Notes under the pieces: model-generated | Told to the model about the DNA's origin: nothing | Seen by the model: only the letters and a program-made list of their open reading frames with translations | Database searches by the model: none | Translations under genes and position numbers: made by a program | From: Mayamaea pseudoterrestris | Lineage: Eukaryota | Direction: 5' to 3' | Assembly (NCBI GenBank): GCA_027923505.1 | Contig: BROI01000003.1 | Coordinates: forward strand, 496,001-560,000 | DNA length: 64,000 nt | In this document: in pieces, positions 58,227 through 64,000 of the stretch | Layout of the letters: the number at the start of each line of letters is the position of its first letter | How positions within the stretch are numbered: the stretch's first letter is position 1

Positions 58227-60801
58227 TTATCTATCAAACGTGGCAATCTGCGTCATCTGGTCACAAAGTTGCTTTTGAGACCAGTCGAGAATCATTTCCT
58301 TTTCAACTACGACCGTGCCACTAGCAAGTCGAGGAACGTTGCATAAGATTGGCGGATCGAATTCGCTGCTCAGGAGTTCCTGAACAAATTCTCTCAACGA
58401 GGGATGATTTTCATCATGATTTCGACCCACACCAGTAATGAAAATCAGGTCTTCTATATCGGCACCTGACCGACTCATTCTTGCAGTCCTTTGAAGTATA
58501 AAACGACATGCTGCTCTTGCTAGGCTAAGCGTCATTTTCGTCAAATCGATTTCCCAGCTGGTATCAAAGCAATTGGCGTCGAAAATGATGCCTCGCCGCA
58601 CAGCTTCAGCAAATACGATGTCAGCACTTTCAAAAGCACCAACGCGGGTAATTGCCCCAATGACTTCCTGCACTGTTATGAAGTCGGGAATCGGTTCGAG
58701 TTTCGATATCGTCTTAGCTGCTGAGTTTGAGCCAATCATTTCGTTCCAAAAGTCGAACGCCAGCTTGCCTTGTCCGGCAACTCGAAGCGCAGTAAAAAGA
58801 GCATTGTAAGCAATGTTATCGGGAGGAATTCCCGCATCTTTCATTTCATGGAAAAGGCGAATAGCGTGTTCATATTTGCCCGCTTTTGCGCAAGTCGAAA
58901 TGACCGCAGTATAAGCGATTTCTGCGCAAGAAAGGAATATGCTGAGTTAGTCGACGAATAACGCTCTATTTAGCAGTCACATGCAACGGAAACGTACTGT
59001 TTGGCTGTGTCCGAATTCCGCCAGCCTGCATTGCTTCAAATAGCTCTAATGCCTCCTTCCATTTGCCGTATGCTCCGCAACAGGATATAGCAGACGTGAA
59101 TGAAAAGCCGTCAGGTTCTATTCCGTCAACCCTCATTCGTTGGAGCAGCTGTAGCGATATTTTCCATAGCTCCTTGCTTTCATACCCACTCTTGCCTAGT
59201 TTTGCGCCTTTGGCCAGCGCCGCGATGGCTGATTGCGAGCAGATAACAATTGATCAGTAGCCATAGCGCAAACGTACAAGATATCTCGCCGGACAACGAA
59301 CGCAAACACTCTGCTTAATCTTACCAGCATTGTAAGTTATGATGCGTATCTTCATCTTCTTCTCGGACATAAGATTGAGCAAATCTAAAGCCTTCTCCCA
59401 ATTTCCTCCGTTGCCACAGGCACTGATTGTCACACTGTAGGTTACTTCAGTGGGAATAATACCAAGTCGTTCCATGGTTTCTAGTAACTCTAACGCCTTT
59501 TTCCACATCTTGACCTTGGCGCACGCCTCAATGGCTGCCGTATAGCAGTACGCATCCACTGGCAGCTTTGTATCCTCAGCCACTTGTAAGAGGGAAAGAG
59601 CTCGATCGGCCTTGCCGCCTTTGGCGCACGCTCGAATGGCATTTGTGAAAGTGTAAATGTCGGGCGATACGCCTGGCTCACGAAGACACTGATCAAACAC
59701 CAAAAGAGCATCCTTCCAATACCGAACATTGGCGCATGCGGAAATGACAGAGTTGTAGGAAAGTGTGGTAGGACGAAGGCCTTCCCGCTTCATACGTTGC
59801 AGCAAGCTCTTTGCCTGTATCGACTCGCTAGACTTGGCCATTGCAACAAGCATGCTATTGTGCAGAGGTAACGTTTTTGGCAGCTTCATCTCATCCATCA
59901 TATCAACAAGCTGCATGGCTTTACGCCATTGCAGTCGTCTTGAAAGGCCAGCAATGACTTGCTCAAAAAGATGAATTGTTGGTGTTACACCTTGCCGAAC
60001 GCAGGCGACGAGAAGTTGTCCCGCTTGCTCTGGTTGATTGCAATATAAACAGGATTCAATGACAATTGTATACGTCGAGAGCGCTGGCTTCGTCTGTCCG
60101 TCCTGCATTTGTCGCAGAACTCGCACTGATTCCTTCCATAATCCGTCGTATGCGATGCATGCGAGGTAGGCATCGTAGGCCTGCAGCTCCAAGTCACCAT
60201 TAAGTCGAATAAAGTCTGTCGCATTTCTCCAAATACCACGGTCTATACTATTTGCTCGACATATTGATTTGACTACTAGCGAATTGTCGTGTGCATCTTG
60301 CTCAACTTTCGCCTTCAGCATGGCCGAGTGTATCGTTGTTGCGCCTGCAGCGTTCGCCGCCTCATAGCACCATTCGAGGCAAGTCTGAAAAGCTCCTTTC
60401 ACTCGTTGGGGATCTTCTTGCTGCTGAATCAAGGTTAAAACCTGATCAAGTTCATTCGTTGTCTTTGAAGAAGCTAGTAGCATGCCATACATAGCTTGCG
60501 CAAGCCCTTCCCCAGCATCAATGGAGGCACGAGCTTGCTTGAGAAGGACAAGAAACTGACTATCTTTCGGCGTCTCGACAAATGCTTTAACATCATCGAG
60601 AGATAACCTTTTCTTCTTGTTTCGTTGCTTTGGACGACTTGCTGCTTTTGCTTGGAAAATGTGTGACAATTTACTGCGTCGCCGGTTTATTGTTGGCACA
60701 ACAAATGCGTCGACGATGCTCCTCTTCTGCGAGCAGCATTTCTGGGACAAAATTAGCAGCAACACCAGATATCTGACCTGACAGCTTATTATATAGGTCA
60801 T
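58227..60801 (-). CDS. Pentatricopeptide-repeat protein with C-terminal SMR domain, 3 exons
   Basis: Tandem 35-aa PPR motifs (e.g. PTTLSYNSVISAC, PDIYTFTNAIRAC). Introns 59324-59229 and 58997-58922 keep the frame. SMR-like IDL..M....A...LIFITGVG. Confidence 0.9.
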
Positions 60802-60931
60802 CGTGTATGTTTATTTTGGTTTGGAGAGTGAAGCCTTTTAAGAGTAGAGGTCGACGAGATGATTGTTCAAAATGAAGGGAAGATGTCGTGAGCAAGACTA
60901 ACGGTACGACACGAATTGTGATTGAATTATC

Positions 60932-63900
60932 TGTATGACAGAATACTCTAGGTGAAAATTGTGACTACTATGATTGAATTAAGTTCCCTCCGTTTGTTGC
61001 TGGCGAGGCTCGGAGGCACTTCGCCAGTCTCGCTGGTTGCTCGCCGTCAGCGAACTTGGCCCGCCCTGCTCACAGGAGCGGGTCCGGCGCTGCCGTTGGG
61101 CTGGCTTACGTGCGGGATACCACACCCTCACCAACTTGAGAGCGAACCATGGAGATAGAGATGAAACTGACAGCGGCCTTCCACTTGCTGAACAAGTGGG
61201 TGCGACTATCCAGTGAAGACGGTCACCAGGGGAAGCTGTTGCAAACCCTCGCAGTCCCTGTAGGGTTTGATGCGCCGAATATTGATACGGTCGGTCACCA
61301 TGGCGCAAAGCCGTAGTGTGATTGTCCGTTGGTGCACTTGGTCAATAGTATATGGACCCGCCACTTTGGGCTCAAGCTTGTCGGGTTGGTAAACCTTGAC
61401 AAGCACTTGATCGGCGACCTTATAGTCATGCGTCAAGCGTGCTTGGTTGGCCTTGAGCAACCGGCTGTTAACTAGCACCTCACGCTTAGCCGTAATCGCC
61501 ATGATGTCGGCAATCAAGGGAATATCCATGAACATGTCGCGCTGAAATACCAGTGCTCCTGGAGACCAATCGTCCAACGCCGCACTAGCTGTTACTCGTG
61601 TAGCGTGCATCGCCGTAGCAAAGCATTGATCCACAATATCGTCAACATCTTGTAGACCTTGCAGCGGATGCGCACGAACCATGGTCCGTAGCACATTGCC
61701 AATCGTCAGATGGACTCTTTCACAGATTGCATTGGCGGTTGGATTCTTGACTGCTGCAGAATGGAAGCGAATTCCTTGTCGTTGCAAGATGGTTCCAAAG
61801 GCACCCTTAAATTCGGATCCTTGATCAGCAACAACACGCATGGGACGAGGATAGCGTGCGAGCCAGCAGTTTTCAAACAGACGTCCAATGTAATCAGCTG
61901 ATTTGTTCTGATAACGGACGATTTCAAGTAGGTTAGTAACCGGGTCAATCATTGTTAACGCTTTGAAAGTACAATCAATTCCATTCACTGATACTTTCCA
62001 AGGGCCAATGAGATCCATATGCACTTCATACCACGGCGCAATACGAACGTCTCGAACTGGGAGTTCGCCGTACTGTCGCCCGCCGGCTTTGCTGCGTTGG
62101 CATGCATCACAGCTCCCCACTAGCAATTCGACTCGTTGCTTTAGCAAGGGATGGTAGAAGTGTTGCTTGATCGTCGTCGTAAGACGCGTCATACCCACAT
62201 GTGCCATTGACTGGTGGTACCAGAGGATCAAACGATCCAGAATGGCGCTAGGGATACAGATCCTCCAACGGTCTGCTTCTTGGTATACCACAACTTGATC
62301 GTCACCGAGCTGTTCGTACCGAACATGAGCCATTTCCTGATTCTGGATGGCGGCCATGAGTCCAATATCTTGTTGTTGGTACTCGGCAATAGTCGTAAAC
62401 GATAAGGGATATCGTCCTTGATCGTCAAACTCCGGATGGAGGAGGAAGCACTCGGCTAACTCTGGGTCCGTCTCCAATAGACTGGTACCTTGTAAATCAT
62501 TGGTTGGAAGGAGACGGCCATTTCCTGATGATCTTGAGCTTCAATGTCGCTTAACAGCTTGCTTTGGTAAGCAGCGGGGCCCTCCCCCGACAAAGAAGTT
62601 TCCCTCAATGTGGGAACGCGGGACAGCGCATCCGCAACAGTGTTGAGTTCGCCCTTGAGGTAGCAAAACACTGGACCATATTCTTCAAGATACAAGCGCC
62701 AGCGAAGGACGCGTTGTGTCTGGAAGGCGGTAAGCTCATGGGTGAGATTTTTATGGTCAGTATGAATTTCAATACGCGCACCGAGAAGCATTGAGCGAAA
62801 CGTTTTTAGCGTCTCGACTATACTTAGCACTTCTTTTTCAATGGTGGTGTAGTTTTTCTGAGCATCATTGAGCTTGCGAGAAAAATACGCAACCGGAATG
62901 CCGTTTTGCAGGATCACGGCTCCCAACTGATAGTCTGACGCATCAGTTTTAATGATAAATGGCAGATTATGGTCAGGATAGCGCAGGAGAACGTCACTAG
63001 CAGCGACTGCTTTCATTTCCTCAAAGGCTTGTTGTTGCTCAGGCCCCCAGAAGAATTTCTTCTTGCCAACAAGTTTTGTCAAAGGCGCAAGCATATGCGA
63101 GCGACGAGGCCACATAGTCCGATAGTAAGTTACAAGACCCAGGAAAGAACGCAGCTGCTTGATGGTTGTAGGCGCTTGCATGTCCACGATGGCTTGAACC
63201 TTCTTCGGCCATGGTTTTAACCCAGTAGGCGTTAACCAGTACCCCAACCAATCGGTTTCCTTGACTGCCCATTCGCATTTTAAAGGGTTGATGGTAAAAC
63301 CATTATCTTCAAGACGTTTCAAAACGTTTTGTAAGAGTCGCAGATGTGATTTCCAATCGTCGCTGAAGCAACCGACATCGTCGAGATACTTTTCTACATC
63401 CGCCAAGCCTTCCAACACTTTTTCCATAACTTCTTGAGCAATGTCAGGTGCTTGATTGACTCCCATCGGGAGGCGCAGGTATCGATAAAGACCAAAGGGA
63501 GTAGCGATGGTGCAAAGCTCACTGCTTTCGCGATCCAGTTGAAACGTGTAGTAGTGCATGGAAATATCGAGCTTGGTAAAGAACTCGTATCCTTTGCGCC
63601 GCGCTAACAACTCATGAATCCGAGGCATTGGAAACGTCTTGCGCTTAATGACTTTGTTCAACGCACGAAAATCGGAAACAAATCGTACAGTTCGATCCTT
63701 TTTGGGGATGATGAACGTTGGTGCTGCCCATTCGCTTCGTCCACACTGCTCCAAGACACCGATTGAGACCAGTCGGTCAAGCTCTTCTTTGAAAGTGGCT
63801 TCATGCACTCGCGGAACAGGATAGTGTCGTTTATGGACTGGCTTGGCGTTGCGTTCAACGTCAATGTGGACCAATTCGTGCGGATATTTTCCCAGTTTGC

Positions 63901-64000
63901 CTGAAAACAAAGCAGGGAATTGTCGTAAGAGTTTCTTTAAATCGTCACGCTGAGCATCAGTTAAATGCTTTGCCGCTGCTGCCGCATCATCCGTGGACAC
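60932..64000 (-). mobile_element. Ty3/Gypsy LTR retrotransposon, 3' part (RT, RNase H, IN, putative 3' LTR ~60932-61243)
   Basis: RT DFRALN, LPMG, YLDD; RNase [52 protein letters not shown] order. One frame change at ~62456-62540. LTR limits are tentative. Confidence 0.9.

Noticed and set aside
62456..62540. Programmed frameshift between RNase H and integrase in the Gypsy element
   Set aside because: No slippery heptamer seen, and this is not a usual recoding position; a single indel is simpler.

Overview
Eukaryotic, gene-dense nuclear DNA with short GT-AG introns (76-101 nt). Ty1/Copia elements of CoDi type and bipartite-looking plastid targeting signals point to a diatom (inference). A repeat island of about 40 kb (6-46.4 kb) lies between ordinary genes. 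Left flank: a hypothetical gene open at the window edge and a class C (GABA-B-like) GPCR. Right flank: tRNA-Glu, a basic tandem-repeat protein, an EGF membrane protein, a membrane protein, rsmG, a large disordered protein, a PPR-SMR gene and a Gypsy element. The island holds a 169-bp satellite (about 65 monomers, two dyads per monomer, local higher-order repeats, diverged edges). It also holds four full or partial copies of one Copia family (329-bp LTRs, chromodomain-like module after the integrase) in and around the satellite, a second Copia with an unusual layout, and several CpG-eroded Copia relics. The clearest sequence signal is the primer-binding site of the satellite-associated Copia: it matches the anticodon arm of tRNA-Asn in the same register as the half-tRNA-iMet sites of Ty5/copia. 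Satellite, chromodomain-Copia and a tRNA gene at the border together resemble a centromeric or heterochromatic domain, but that is a hypothesis. Several stretches (16.6-16.9, 19.2-19.6, 31.8-33.2, 40.5-41.5, 44.1-45.9 kb) look like low-quality or chimeric assembly consensus.
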